The notes under the pieces: model-generated
Databases searched by the model: none
What the model was told of the DNA's origin: nothing
What the model saw: only the letters and a program-made list of their open reading frames with translations
Program-made: the position numbers and the translations under genes
Source of the DNA: Verrucomicrobia bacterium ADurb.Bin018
GTDB lineage: Bacteria; Verrucomicrobiota; Kiritimatiellia; CAIQIC01; Lenti-01
DNA: 64,000 nucleotides
Assembly: GCA_002071335.1 (NCBI GenBank)
Contig: MWEZ01000001.1
Location: 7,262-71,261 of the forward strand
Direction: 5' to 3'
In this document: piece by piece, positions 39,513 to 48,949 of the stretch
How the letters are laid out: each line of letters opens with the position of its first letter
How positions within the stretch are numbered: the first letter of the stretch is position 1

Positions 39513-39791
39513 TTATGCCATCTCGATGGTGTGTCCGGCCTGCAGCGTCACCACCGCGCGCTTCCAGTCCGGGGTCCGGCCATACGCCGCCGTCCGCAGC
39601 CGCTTGGCCTTGCCCGGGCGGACCATCGTATTCACATCCTTGACCTTCACGTTGAACCGCTGTTCCACCTCGCGGCGGATTTCCAGCTTGTTCGCGGCGC
39701 GGGCCACCGCAAAAATGTATTGGTTGCCGGTTTCTTTCAGGCGCGTGCCCTTTTCCGTCACCAGCAGCTTTTTGACAATCAGGTTCTTCAT
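39513..39791 (-). CDS. rplW: 50S ribosomal protein L23
   Basis: 92 aa in the conserved operon position. Confidence 0.85.
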   Translation of the reverse strand: MKNLIVKKLLVTEKGTRLKETGNQYIFAVARAANKLEIRREVEQRFNVKVKDVNTMVRPGKAKRLRTAAYGRTPDWKRAVVTLQAGHTIEMA

Positions 39792-39794
39792 GGT

Positions 39795-40430
39795 TTACTT
39801 CGCCCCTTCTGCCAGCCGCGCCTGCAGCGCCGTCAAGCCGGCCGCGTCCGTCACGATGACCGGATAACGCATGATCTGGTACGTGTTGGCCTGCGCCGCC
39901 GTGGTCACTTCCACCCGCGGCATGTTGCGTGCCGCGCGCACGAGATTCTGATTCGGCGCACCGGTCACGAACAGCGTGGCTTGCTTCCCCGCCGCCTTCT
40001 GCAGCAGGCCCGCCAGCGCCTTGGTCTTGCCTTCCACGCTCTCCAGCCCGTTGGCCACCACCACGCCGCCGGCCTTGATCTTCTCGCTCAGGGCTCGCCG
40101 GAACGCCAGCGCCACAACCTTCTTGTTGACTTTCTTGTCGTAGCTGCGCGGATGCGGACCGAACACCACGCCGCCGCCTTTCAGCAGCGGGGAGCGGATG
40201 GACCCCTGCCGCGCGCGCCCGGATCCCTTTTGCTTGAAAGGCTTACGGCCGCCGCCGCTGACTTCGCCGCGCTTCTTGGTGGAAGCCGTGCCCTTGCGGA
40301 GGCCCGCCCGGTACGCCGTCACCACATCCAGCACCGCTTGGCCGCCGCGCTTGGTTTCCAGCAGGTCCGCCGCAAACTCCTGTTCGCCGGCGGCCTCGCC
40401 GTTCAAATTGTAGATGGCAATTTTGCTCAT
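39795..40430 (-). CDS. rplD: 50S ribosomal protein L4
   Basis: 211 aa in the conserved operon position. Confidence 0.85.
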   Translation of the reverse strand: MSKIAIYNLNGEAAGEQEFAADLLETKRGGQAVLDVVTAYRAGLRKGTASTKKRGEVSGGGRKPFKQKGSGRARQGSIRSPLLKGGGVVFGPHPRSYDKKVNKKVVALAFRRALSEKIKAGGVVVANGLESVEGKTKALAGLLQKAAGKQATLFVTGAPNQNLVRAARNMPRVEVTTAAQANTYQIMRYPVIVTDAAGLTALQARLAEGAK

Positions 40431-40438
40431 GACTCGTC

Positions 40439-41071
40439 CTACGCCTTCTTGATCGCCTTGCGCACCAGCACAATGCCGCCCACCGGGCCCGGCACCGCGC
40501 CTTCCAGCAGCAGCGCGTGGTCGTCGGCCAACACCTTGACCACCCGCAGGTTCTGCGTGGTGACGTTCACCGAGCCCATGTGGCCCGGCAGCTTCTTGTT
40601 GCGGAAAATCCGGCCCGGCTCTTCACGCCCGCCGATGGACCCCGGCCGGCGCATCCAGCCGCCGCCGTGGCTCGCCCGGCCACCGCCGAGCTTGAAGCGC
40701 TTCACAACGCCCTGGAACCCGCGGCCTTTGGTGTGGCCCAGCACGTCCACAAACTTCACGCCTTCAAAAATCTTCGCGGTCAGCACATCACCGGCCTTGG
40801 CTTCCTCACCCGCCGCCAGGCGCACTTCGCGCAGCACTTTTGCCGGCTTGGCGCCCGCCTTCTTGAAATGCCCCTGTTGCGGCTTGGTCAGGCGCGATTC
40901 CTTCTGCTCTTCAAAGCCCAATTGCACCGCTTCGTAGCCGTCCGGCTGCGCGCTCTTGCGCTGCACCACCGTGCACGGACCCACCTGCACCACCGTCACC
41001 GGCACCTGCACGCCCGCGTCATCATACACGCGCGTCATGCCGATCTTTCTGCCAATCAATGCTTGCATGGC
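40439..41071 (-). CDS. rplC: 50S ribosomal protein L3
   Basis: Typical L3 N-terminus. Start trimmed. Confidence 0.9.
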   Translation of the reverse strand, partial: AMQALIGRKIGMTRVYDDAGVQVPVTVVQVGPCTVVQRKSAQPDGYEAVQLGFEEQKESRLTKPQQGHFKKAGAKPAKVLREVRLAAGEEAKAGDVLTAKIFEGVKFVDVLGHTKGRGFQGVVKRFKLGGGRASHGGGWMRRPGSIGGREEPGRIFRNKKLPGHMGSVNVTTQNLRVVKVLADDHALLLEGAVPGPVGGIVLVRKAIKKA

Positions 41072-41082
41072 TGTCCTCCCCC

Positions 41083-41391
41083 TCAAATCTTGATCTGGAT
41101 GTCCACGCCCGCCGGCAGGTTCAGCTTCTTCAGCTCATCCACCGTCTTCGCTGTGGGGTCAATAATGTCCAGCAACCGCTTGTGGGTGCGGATCTCAAAT
41201 TGTTCCATGGACTTCTTGTCCGCGTGGACGCTGCGATTCACCGTATAGCGCTCGATGCGCGTGGGCATCGGGATCGGGCCCGCCACGCGGGCGCCCGTGC
41301 GCTTGGTCGTCTCGACAATTTCGCTGGCCGATTGGTCCAGCATCCGGTGGTCGAAAGCCCTCAGCCGTATTCTGATTCGTTGTCCGCTCAT
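41083..41391 (-). CDS. rpsJ: 30S ribosomal protein S10
   Basis: [14 protein letters not shown] motif. Confidence 0.9.
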   Translation of the reverse strand: MSGQRIRIRLRAFDHRMLDQSASEIVETTKRTGARVAGPIPMPTRIERYTVNRSVHADKKSMEQFEIRTHKRLLDIIDPTAKTVDELKKLNLPAGVDIQIKI

Positions 41392-41404
41392 GTTCTCTAT
41401 TCTT

Positions 41405-43501
41405 TCAACGGTTCATCAACTCTCGGCACAGGCTTTCCGGCACCACATCGAACCGGGTGGGTTCCATGGTGTACCCGGCGCGTCCACGTGTCAAAGAACG
41501 CAATGTCGTGGCGTATCCAAACAACTCCGCCAAGGGCACGGAGGCCTCGATTGCCCGCGTTCCATCCCGCTGCGCCACGTCTCTCACCTGGCCGCGGCGC
41601 ATGTTCAGGTCGCCCAGCACGTCGCCGAGGTGTTCCTCGGGCAACTCAATCTCGAGCGCCATGATGGGCTCCAGAAGGACCGGGCGCGCTGCCAGCGCCG
41701 CCTCACGCAGCGACATTGAAGCCGCCGACCGAAAGGCGATTTCCGACGAGTCAACCGGATGCCATTGGCCACTAACCACCGACACCCGCACGTCAACCAG
41801 CGGGAAACTTCCTAGCACGCCTGTGCTCAACCCATCGCGGATTCCTTCCTCCACAACAGGTCGAAAATCGTGCGGGATTATGTCGGAAGAAATTTTGAAG
41901 TCAATACTATTTCCGCTTCCCCGTTCATTTTTTTCCAGCAGCAGTCCCACCATCGCAAAATGGTGCTTCCCGGCCAGTTCCCGGTCAAATGTGTATTCCG
42001 CCCGCGCCGACTCTGTAATCGTTTCGCGATACGCCACCATCGGCCGCCCCGCGTTGGCCTGTACCTTGAACTCCCGCAGCATCCGGTCGCGCAAAATTTC
42101 CAGGTGCAGTTCGCCCATGCCCTTGATGATCATCTGCCCCGTTTCGACATTCTGCCCCACTTGGAATGTCGGGTCCTCGTCTGACAGATCCGCCAGCACC
42201 TCTTGCAGTTTTTCCTTGTCCGCCTGCGTGCGCGGTTCAATCGCCATCGAAATCACTGGCTCCGGGAAATGAATGCGCTCCAGCACAATCGGTTTTTGCT
42301 CGGCGCACAGCGTGTCGCCCGTGCCCACACCCTTGATGCCCGCAATCGCGCCGATTTCGCCCGAATAGAGAACATCCACTTCTTCGCGCTGGTTCGCGTG
42401 CAGCCGGATCAGCCGCAGCACCCGCTCGCGCTTTTGCGTGCGCGGGTTGTACACGTTCGCGCCTTTTTTCAGCTCGCCCGAATACACACGCACAAACACC
42501 AGCCGCCCCACAAACGGGTCCGTCGCCACTTTGAACGCCAGCGAACACAACGGCTCGAAGTCGCTGGTCTCGCGCACCTGTTCCGCTTCGGTTTTCGGAT
42601 GCCGTCCCTTCACCGCCGGCACATCCAATGGCGACGGCAAATAATCCACCACCGCGTCCAGCAGCGGCTGAATCCCCTTGTTGCGCAAACTGGTCCCGCA
42701 TAGCACCGGCACCATCTTGCCGGCCACCGTCGCGCGGCGAATCCCCGCCCGCAGCATCGCTTCCGGCAGATCGCCTTCCTCTAGATAAGTCGTCAGCAGT
42801 TCTTCATCCGTCTCTGCCACCGCCTCCAGCAGATGCTCGCGCGCCTTTTGCGCCGCCATCGTCAACTCTGCGGGGATCGCCTGCGTTTGCACTTTGGCCC
42901 CCAGCTCTGCATCGGCAAACGTCAGCGCCTGCATTCGCACCAAATCCACCACCCCGCGGAATCCTTCTTCCTGGCCCCACGGAATCTGTACCGGCACCGC
43001 CGGCGAATTCAATTGCTCACGAATCTCCCCCACCACCCGGACAAAATTCGCCCCCGTGCGGTCCATTTTATTGATGAAAGCAATTCGCGGTACCGCATAC
43101 TTGTTCGCCTGCCGCCACACTGTCTCCGACTGCGGCTGCACCCCGCCCACCGCGCACAGCACCCCCACCGCCCCGTCCAGCACCCGCAGCGACCGCTCCA
43201 CTTCCGCCGTAAAATCCACGTGCCCCGGGGTGTCAATAATGTTGATTTGCTGGTCCCGCCAAAAACAAGTCGTCGCCGCGCTGGTGATGGTGATTCCCCG
43301 CTCTTGCTCCTGTACCATCCAGTCCATGACCGTATTGCCGTCATGCACCTCGCCCATCTTGTGCACCCGCCCCGTGTAATACAGCATCCGTTCCGTCGTG
43401 GTCGTTTTCCCCGCGTCAATATGCGCCACGATCCCGATATTCCGGATCGTCGCCAGCGGATGCGCCCGGCCCGCCGCTTCCAATTTGACCTCTTTCGCCA
43501 C
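41405..43501 (-). CDS. fusA: elongation factor G
   Basis: [10 protein letters not shown]-domain. 698 aa. Lies directly upstream of rpsJ, with no tuf between them. Confidence 0.9.
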   Translation of the reverse strand: MAKEVKLEAAGRAHPLATIRNIGIVAHIDAGKTTTTERMLYYTGRVHKMGEVHDGNTVMDWMVQEQERGITITSAATTCFWRDQQINIIDTPGHVDFTAEVERSLRVLDGAVGVLCAVGGVQPQSETVWRQANKYAVPRIAFINKMDRTGANFVRVVGEIREQLNSPAVPVQIPWGQEEGFRGVVDLVRMQALTFADAELGAKVQTQAIPAELTMAAQKAREHLLEAVAETDEELLTTYLEEGDLPEAMLRAGIRRATVAGKMVPVLCGTSLRNKGIQPLLDAVVDYLPSPLDVPAVKGRHPKTEAEQVRETSDFEPLCSLAFKVATDPFVGRLVFVRVYSGELKKGANVYNPRTQKRERVLRLIRLHANQREEVDVLYSGEIGAIAGIKGVGTGDTLCAEQKPIVLERIHFPEPVISMAIEPRTQADKEKLQEVLADLSDEDPTFQVGQNVETGQMIIKGMGELHLEILRDRMLREFKVQANAGRPMVAYRETITESARAEYTFDRELAGKHHFAMVGLLLEKNERGSGNSIDFKISSDIIPHDFRPVVEEGIRDGLSTGVLGSFPLVDVRVSVVSGQWHPVDSSEIAFRSAASMSLREAALAARPVLLEPIMALEIELPEEHLGDVLGDLNMRRGQVRDVAQRDGTRAIEASVPLAELFGYATTLRSLTRGRAGYTMEPTRFDVVPESLCRELMNR

Positions 43502-43705
43502 GTTCCTGTGTTTCCTTATATATGAATAAAGGGCCGCAACCTACCATGCCCCCCCGCCCGCCGCAAGACCGAACCCCCTGCTCCAATTCGCGCCAGCGGT
43601 ACGCTCACTGCGGGGCGTCGCCGCCCGCCCCCGCGGTGTTTTGCCCGCGGTTTTGACTTTGCAACGCGGGGGCGCTCTTTCTATGATGGCGCGGAATACG
43701 AGCTT

Positions 43706-44059
43706 ATGAAAGCGGTTGTTTTACTGACCATTTCCAATATATTCATGACTGTGGCTTGGTACGGGCACTTGAAGTACCTGCCGGCCGCCAAGTGGCCCCT
43801 GCTAGGGGTCATTTTGATTAGCTGGGGCATCGCGTTTTTCGAATACTGCTTCCAAGTGCCGGCCAACCGCATCGGCTACGCCACCTTTTCCGCCATGCAG
43901 CTCAAAATCCTGCAAGAAGTCATTTCGATCAGCATCTTCGTGGTGTTTGCGATTGCCGTGCTCGGCGAAAAACTGCGCTGGAATCACGCCATCTCATTCC
44001 TGCTGGTGTTGGGCGCGGTGTATTTCGCTTTTCTAAAACCCGCCGCGGAGGGCTCCTGA
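43706..44059 (+). CDS. small 4-TM membrane protein (DMT-like/DUF486)
   Basis: 117 aa, four hydrophobic helices. Confidence 0.45.
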   Translation: MKAVVLLTISNIFMTVAWYGHLKYLPAAKWPLLGVILISWGIAFFEYCFQVPANRIGYATFSAMQLKILQEVISISIFVVFAIAVLGEKLRWNHAISFLLVLGAVYFAFLKPAAEGS

Positions 44060-44060
44060 C

Positions 44061-45734
44061 ATGTGCGGGCGAATGGCATTGTGGGGCTGGCTGCTGGTTT
44101 GCTTCTTGGCCTCCGCGCCGTTGGCGCGTGCGTACGAACCGCTGCTGCTGGGCGATGATGAGCGCTTGCTGGTGTTGGCCCCGCATCCGGACGATGAAGT
44201 CCTCGCCGCCGGTGGCGTTATCCAAGAAGCGCTCGATCTCGATGTGCCCGTGCAGATTTGTTTTTTCACGCTGGGCGAGAATAACGAGATCGCCGCGCTG
44301 TTTACCCGGCGACATCCCGCGTTCCGACCGGGGCCGGAGCAGGCGTTCGGCGGCCAACGCCATCGCGAAGCCCTGGCCGCGGCCACCCAATTGGGCCTGC
44401 AAGAGGAAGACATTGTCTTCCTGGGCTACCCGGATCCCGGCACGCTCGACATCTGGAATCACCATTGGCGCACCGTGCCGCCATATCGCTCGCCGGTGAC
44501 GCGCGAAAACACCGTGCCCTACGATTTCGCCCTGACGCCCGGCTCCGCTTTCGCCGGCGAAGATATTCTGGACGATTTGCAAGAGGTGATCCGCGAGTTT
44601 CAACCCACCCATGTCCTGCTGCCGCACCCGGCCGACCAAAACACCGACCACCGCGCGCTCTACTTTTTCGCGCGGGTTGCATTGTGGGAATTGATGACGG
44701 AGGGCATCCGCCCGCAAGTCCTCACGTGCCCCGTGCATTTGGCGCGCTGGCCGGAAGCCAACGGTTTTCAACCGCAACAGCCGGCCGAGCCCCCCCCCTT
44801 CCTCGCCAAGGACGGGCAGTGGTGGGAGTATTCGCTCGCGCCGTTCCAGGTGTCCAACAAGTTGGCCGCGCTGCGGCGCTACCACAGCCAATTTCTCCCG
44901 GCGCAAGCCTATTTGGAATTGTTCGTGCGCAAGACGGAGCTCTTCCACGAGCTAGCGGATTGGTCCTTCTCGCGCGGGCAAGGCCGCCGCGAGGTGCCGG
45001 CGCTGGATACCGCACAGTATCGGCCCAATCTTGCGCTTTTCCAAACGCTCGCCCAAACCGCCGGCACGTGGCGCGAAATCGCACAGCAAACCGCCACGGA
45101 ACAAAATGCGCTGGCCAACGCGGAAAACATGTTGGGCGCTTGCGCGCTGGATGGCGATGGCGCCAATCTCACGCTGACGTTCCACACCCAGCGCCCAATC
45201 GAGAGGCCCGCCGAGCTGGTTGTGCGGCTCTATGGCTACCGCCCCGACACTCCGTTTGGCGACATGCCGAAGATCAAGCTCCGGGCCGGCGCGGATGGCT
45301 GGCTGGATGTTCAGGATTTGGACCGCAAAATCGCACACGGCGCTACCGTCACGGCCGACATGCAAAACGAGCTCATTTTGCGCGTGCCGTACGCGCTGCT
45401 GGGCAATCCGGAAAAATTGTTCATCACCGCCAAGCTCATGAAGGGGAATCTGCCGATTGACGGTCTGCCTGCCATGACGCTGGATTTGGGCGATATGCCG
45501 GCCCTCGCGCTGATACCAGCCGCACCGGCAGAACCCGCTGCTCCGCCAGAACTTCCCCCCGCCAAACCAAGCAAGCCCACAAAACCCGCCAGACCTGCCA
45601 AAGCAACTAAGCCTGCTCCGACTCCTTCTCCCCCGCCTGCCGTTGCGCCGCCGACTGCCCTTGCGCCACGCGTGAGCTTGCCGACCAAAGCCGTCCCGGC
45701 CCATACCGAGGCCAACGAGCCGGTGCAGTGGTGA
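44061..45734 (+). CDS. PIG-L/LmbE family deacetylase with signal peptide and Pro-rich C-terminal tail
   Basis: LAPHPDDEVL motif and HPADQNTDH. C-terminal PAKPSKPTKPARPAKATKPAPTP. Confidence 0.6.
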   Translation: MCGRMALWGWLLVCFLASAPLARAYEPLLLGDDERLLVLAPHPDDEVLAAGGVIQEALDLDVPVQICFFTLGENNEIAALFTRRHPAFRPGPEQAFGGQRHREALAAATQLGLQEEDIVFLGYPDPGTLDIWNHHWRTVPPYRSPVTRENTVPYDFALTPGSAFAGEDILDDLQEVIREFQPTHVLLPHPADQNTDHRALYFFARVALWELMTEGIRPQVLTCPVHLARWPEANGFQPQQPAEPPPFLAKDGQWWEYSLAPFQVSNKLAALRRYHSQFLPAQAYLELFVRKTELFHELADWSFSRGQGRREVPALDTAQYRPNLALFQTLAQTAGTWREIAQQTATEQNALANAENMLGACALDGDGANLTLTFHTQRPIERPAELVVRLYGYRPDTPFGDMPKIKLRAGADGWLDVQDLDRKIAHGATVTADMQNELILRVPYALLGNPEKLFITAKLMKGNLPIDGLPAMTLDLGDMPALALIPAAPAEPAAPPELPPAKPSKPTKPARPAKATKPAPTPSPPPAVAPPTALAPRVSLPTKAVPAHTEANEPVQW

Positions 45735-46993
45735 CCCCCACCGGCCACAACCGCCCCGCGGAATTGGCCCCGCGCGTGTTTCTACATGTGGACATGGATG
45801 CTTTTTATGCCGCGATCGAACAACGCGATCATCCAGAATATCGCGGCAAACCGCTGGTGGTCGGCTCGCCGCCGAACGAGCGCGGCGTGGTCTCCACCGC
45901 ATCCTATGAGGCGCGTCAATTCGGCATTCATTCCGCCATGCCTTCGCGTGAGGCCGGCCGCCGCTGCCCGCACGCCATCTTCGTGCCGCCGGACATGCCG
46001 CGCTACAAAATGGTGTCCACCCAAGTCTTCGCCATCTTCGGGCGCTACACGCCCTATGTGGAAGGGCTTTCCATTGATGAGGCGTTTTTGGATGTCACCA
46101 GCTCGCAGCGCCTCTACGGTTCCGGCGAAACCATCGCTCGGCGAATCAAGGACGACATCCGCAACGAGCTCGCGCTGACCTGTTCCGTCGGCGTGGCGCC
46201 CAACAAGTTTCTGGCCAAGCTCGGCTCGGAGTTCAAGAAGCCCGATGGCCTCACCGTGCTGCCGTTCGACCGGCCCGGCATTCTGGCTTTTTTGCGGCCG
46301 CTGCCGGTCACGCGGCTCTGGGGCGTGGGCCGCGTGACGCAACAGGCGTTTGACCGCGCCGGGTTGTACACCATCGGCGATGTGCAGGATGCTTCGCCCG
46401 CATTACTCCAACGCGTGGTTGGCGCGCACGGCGCAAGCCACCTGCGCGCGCTGGCCTGCGGCGAAGACCCGCGCGAAATCGAGCTGGATATCCGCGAAAA
46501 AACCATTTCCCGCGAGCACACGTTTTTGCGCGACGAAAAATCTCGCGCCACGCTCGACAGTGTGCTGTTTGAACTGGTGGAGGACGTGACCCGGCGACTG
46601 CGGGCCGATGGCCGGCTGGCCACCGGCGGGCGGCTCAAAGTGCGCTGGAAGGATTTCGACACCTTCACCCGCCAACGCCCATTCCCCCAGCCCACGCGCA
46701 GCGAACAGGATTTGCAGACGCTTGCGCGCGCGCTGTTTCAGGATATTGTTCTCCAACAGCCCGTGCGCCTGATCGGCTTCGGCGTGACCGGCTTGGTGAC
46801 GACCACGGCCCCCCGCCAACTGGATTTATTTGATTTGCCCATTGAAACTCGCACCAAAAAGGAGAAACTGGACAACGCCGTAGATCAAATCCGCGCGCGT
46901 CACGGGCCGGCGGCCATCCGCCGGGCCCGCGCATTGCGCCAGCCTCCCGGCCCGGCCTCCGGCAAAAACCAGCGTAAGGAGAAACCAACATGA
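45728..46993 (+). CDS. dinB: DNA polymerase IV
   Basis: HVDMDAFYAAIEQ and LSIDEAFLD motifs. Overlaps its upstream and downstream genes by 7 and 4 nt. Confidence 0.85.
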   Translation: MVTPTGHNRPAELAPRVFLHVDMDAFYAAIEQRDHPEYRGKPLVVGSPPNERGVVSTASYEARQFGIHSAMPSREAGRRCPHAIFVPPDMPRYKMVSTQVFAIFGRYTPYVEGLSIDEAFLDVTSSQRLYGSGETIARRIKDDIRNELALTCSVGVAPNKFLAKLGSEFKKPDGLTVLPFDRPGILAFLRPLPVTRLWGVGRVTQQAFDRAGLYTIGDVQDASPALLQRVVGAHGASHLRALACGEDPREIELDIREKTISREHTFLRDEKSRATLDSVLFELVEDVTRRLRADGRLATGGRLKVRWKDFDTFTRQRPFPQPTRSEQDLQTLARALFQDIVLQQPVRLIGFGVTGLVTTTAPRQLDLFDLPIETRTKKEKLDNAVDQIRARHGPAAIRRARALRQPPGPASGKNQRKEKPT

Positions 46994-48774
46994 CCGCCCC
47001 CGCCCCCCGCGCCCCCCTCCCCACGGATGTCTCCATCATCACCACTTACCGCTGCTGCATGAAGTGCAAGATGTGCAACATCTGGCGCTACCCGACCGAA
47101 ATCGCCCAAGAAATCCGCGCGGAAGAATTGGAGATTCTGCCACAGTTGAAGTTCGTCAACATCACCGGCGGCGAGCCGTTCGTCCGGCGCGATCTGGACG
47201 AAATCGTGGAGGTCAGCTTCCGCAAAGCGCCACGCGTGGTGATTTCCACCTCGGGCTATCAGGTGGATGAAATCCTCGCCCTGGCGGAAAAGTTTCCGCG
47301 CATTGGCATCCGGGTCAGCATCGAGGGCCTCTCCACCATCAATGACTACCTGCGCGGGCGCGACAGCGGCTTTGACCGCGGGCTCAAAACGCTGTTGGGC
47401 TTGCGCCGGTTGGGCATCAAGGACATCGGTTTCGGCATCACGGTCTCCAACAACAACAGCGCCGATATGCTCGAGTTGTATGAGCTGTCCAAAAATCTCA
47501 AGATGGAGTTCGCCACCGCCGCCTACCATAACTCGTACTACTTCCACAAAGACGACAACGTCATCACCAACCAGGACGAAGTCTGCAACAATTTCTACGA
47601 GTTGATTGATCGGCTGCTGGAAGAACGGAATCCCAAGAGCTGGTTTCGGGCGTTTTTCAATCTGGGGTTGATCAACTACATCAAGGGCAACCGGCGGCTC
47701 CTGCCCTGCGAGGCAGGCACCGTCAATTTCTTCATCGAACCTTACGGCGATGTCTATCCGTGCAACGGGCTGGAAGAGCGCTACTGGAAGGAAAGTTTCG
47801 GCAACATCCGGCAAGTCAAATCGTTCGAAGACATTTGGTATGGCCCGCAGGCCGACAAAGTGCGGTCGTTGGTCCGCACCTGCCCCAAGAATTGCTGGAT
47901 GGTCGGCACCGCCGCGCCCGTCATGAAAAAATATCTGCGCCATCCCGCCACGTGGGTGCTCAAAAACAAGCTGCGCAGTATGGCCGGCCGCAAGATCGAA
48001 CGCGGCAAGTTGCCACTGCCCTTCGATGTCGGCCAAGACCCGCGGCAAGGCGATCTGCGCGAACCCGAGCACACCGGCGAAGTGGAAACTTTCGACAACT
48101 ACAGCGAAAGCGCCGATACCGACCGCCGCCATACCGTCACCGTGGTGGCGGTGGAGCCGCTCGCCGGCGAGGCTTTCCTGCTGCGCACCACGCGCGGCGG
48201 CTACGACTTCATCCCCGGCCAAAATGTTAGCATCGCGCTGCATCTGGACTATGCGCGCAGCAAGGATTTTTCCATCTGCTCGGGGCAGGCGGATGATTTT
48301 TTGGAGTTCATGATCAAGGGCAACCGCGCGGGGACCATCACGCCGCTATTGCGGACTCTTGAACCCGGCGCCAAGCTCGACTTGACCGGCCCCTACGGCG
48401 AGTTTTTCTACCGCGCCGACGAAAAATGCCGGCACGTGTTTCTGGCCACCGGGATTGGCATCGGCCCCTTCCGCTCATTCCTGCGCAGCTTTACCATCCC
48501 AGACTATCTCGTGGTGCACGGGGTTCGCCGCAAGGCCGATTTGGCGCTGGCCGCCGGGATTGATCCCACGCGGCTGGTCACCTGCGTCTCGCGCGAGGAT
48601 GGCGGCACCCTCCGCGGCCGCATTACCGATTATCTGCGCAACACCGAGCTTGGCGTGCGTGATTTCTACTACCTCAGCGGCAATCCGTTCGCCGTCAAGG
48701 ATGTGTTCGACATCCTGAGTCAGCGCGGCGTGCCACGCGAGCGCATCGTGCGCGAGTTCTACTACACGTATTAG
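46990..48774 (+). CDS. radical SAM/SPASM-domain enzyme fused to a C-terminal FNR-like (FAD/NAD(P)-binding) reductase domain
   Basis: CxxxCxxC (CMKCKMC). Cys-rich SPASM-like region (YPCNG...CPKNC). C-terminal RxYS-like KDFSICS and a GxGxxP-type motif (ATGIGIGP). Confidence 0.65.
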   Translation: MTAPAPRAPLPTDVSIITTYRCCMKCKMCNIWRYPTEIAQEIRAEELEILPQLKFVNITGGEPFVRRDLDEIVEVSFRKAPRVVISTSGYQVDEILALAEKFPRIGIRVSIEGLSTINDYLRGRDSGFDRGLKTLLGLRRLGIKDIGFGITVSNNNSADMLELYELSKNLKMEFATAAYHNSYYFHKDDNVITNQDEVCNNFYELIDRLLEERNPKSWFRAFFNLGLINYIKGNRRLLPCEAGTVNFFIEPYGDVYPCNGLEERYWKESFGNIRQVKSFEDIWYGPQADKVRSLVRTCPKNCWMVGTAAPVMKKYLRHPATWVLKNKLRSMAGRKIERGKLPLPFDVGQDPRQGDLREPEHTGEVETFDNYSESADTDRRHTVTVVAVEPLAGEAFLLRTTRGGYDFIPGQNVSIALHLDYARSKDFSICSGQADDFLEFMIKGNRAGTITPLLRTLEPGAKLDLTGPYGEFFYRADEKCRHVFLATGIGIGPFRSFLRSFTIPDYLVVHGVRRKADLALAAGIDPTRLVTCVSREDGGTLRGRITDYLRNTELGVRDFYYLSGNPFAVKDVFDILSQRGVPRERIVREFYYTY

Positions 48775-48791
48775 AGCATCAGAAGAACTAA

Positions 48792-48876
48792 GGCTGGCAG
48801 GTCTGCGACCGTTCCAGCCCCACAATCCAACCGGCTGCTTTTGTCGGGCGGGAATGGTTGAGGAACGCAACCTTCT
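48792..48876. repeat. single copy of the REP/BIME-like element seen at 25315-25630
   Basis: GGCTGGCAGGTCTGCGACCGTTCCAGCC...GGGCGGGAATGGTTGAGGAACG, near-identical to the 25.3 kb array. Sits at the convergent junction of the rSAM gene and hppA. Confidence 0.7.
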
Positions 48877-48900
48877 CGCATTGCTGAAAATGCTCTAGCC

Positions 48901-48932
48901 AATGAAAAAGCCCCCGCGGCAAGCGCGGGGGC
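48901..48932 (-). terminator. rho-independent terminator of hppA
   Basis: Stem GCCCCCGCG / CGCGGGGGC with a short loop, followed on the minus strand by TTTTTCATT. Confidence 0.6.
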
Positions 48933-48949
48933 CGATCGCCGACCGGCGG

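Noticed and set aside
37073-39643. 856-aa plus-strand ORF
   Set aside because: It is antisense to rpsC-rplV-rpsS-rplB in the conserved ribosomal operon. GC artefact.
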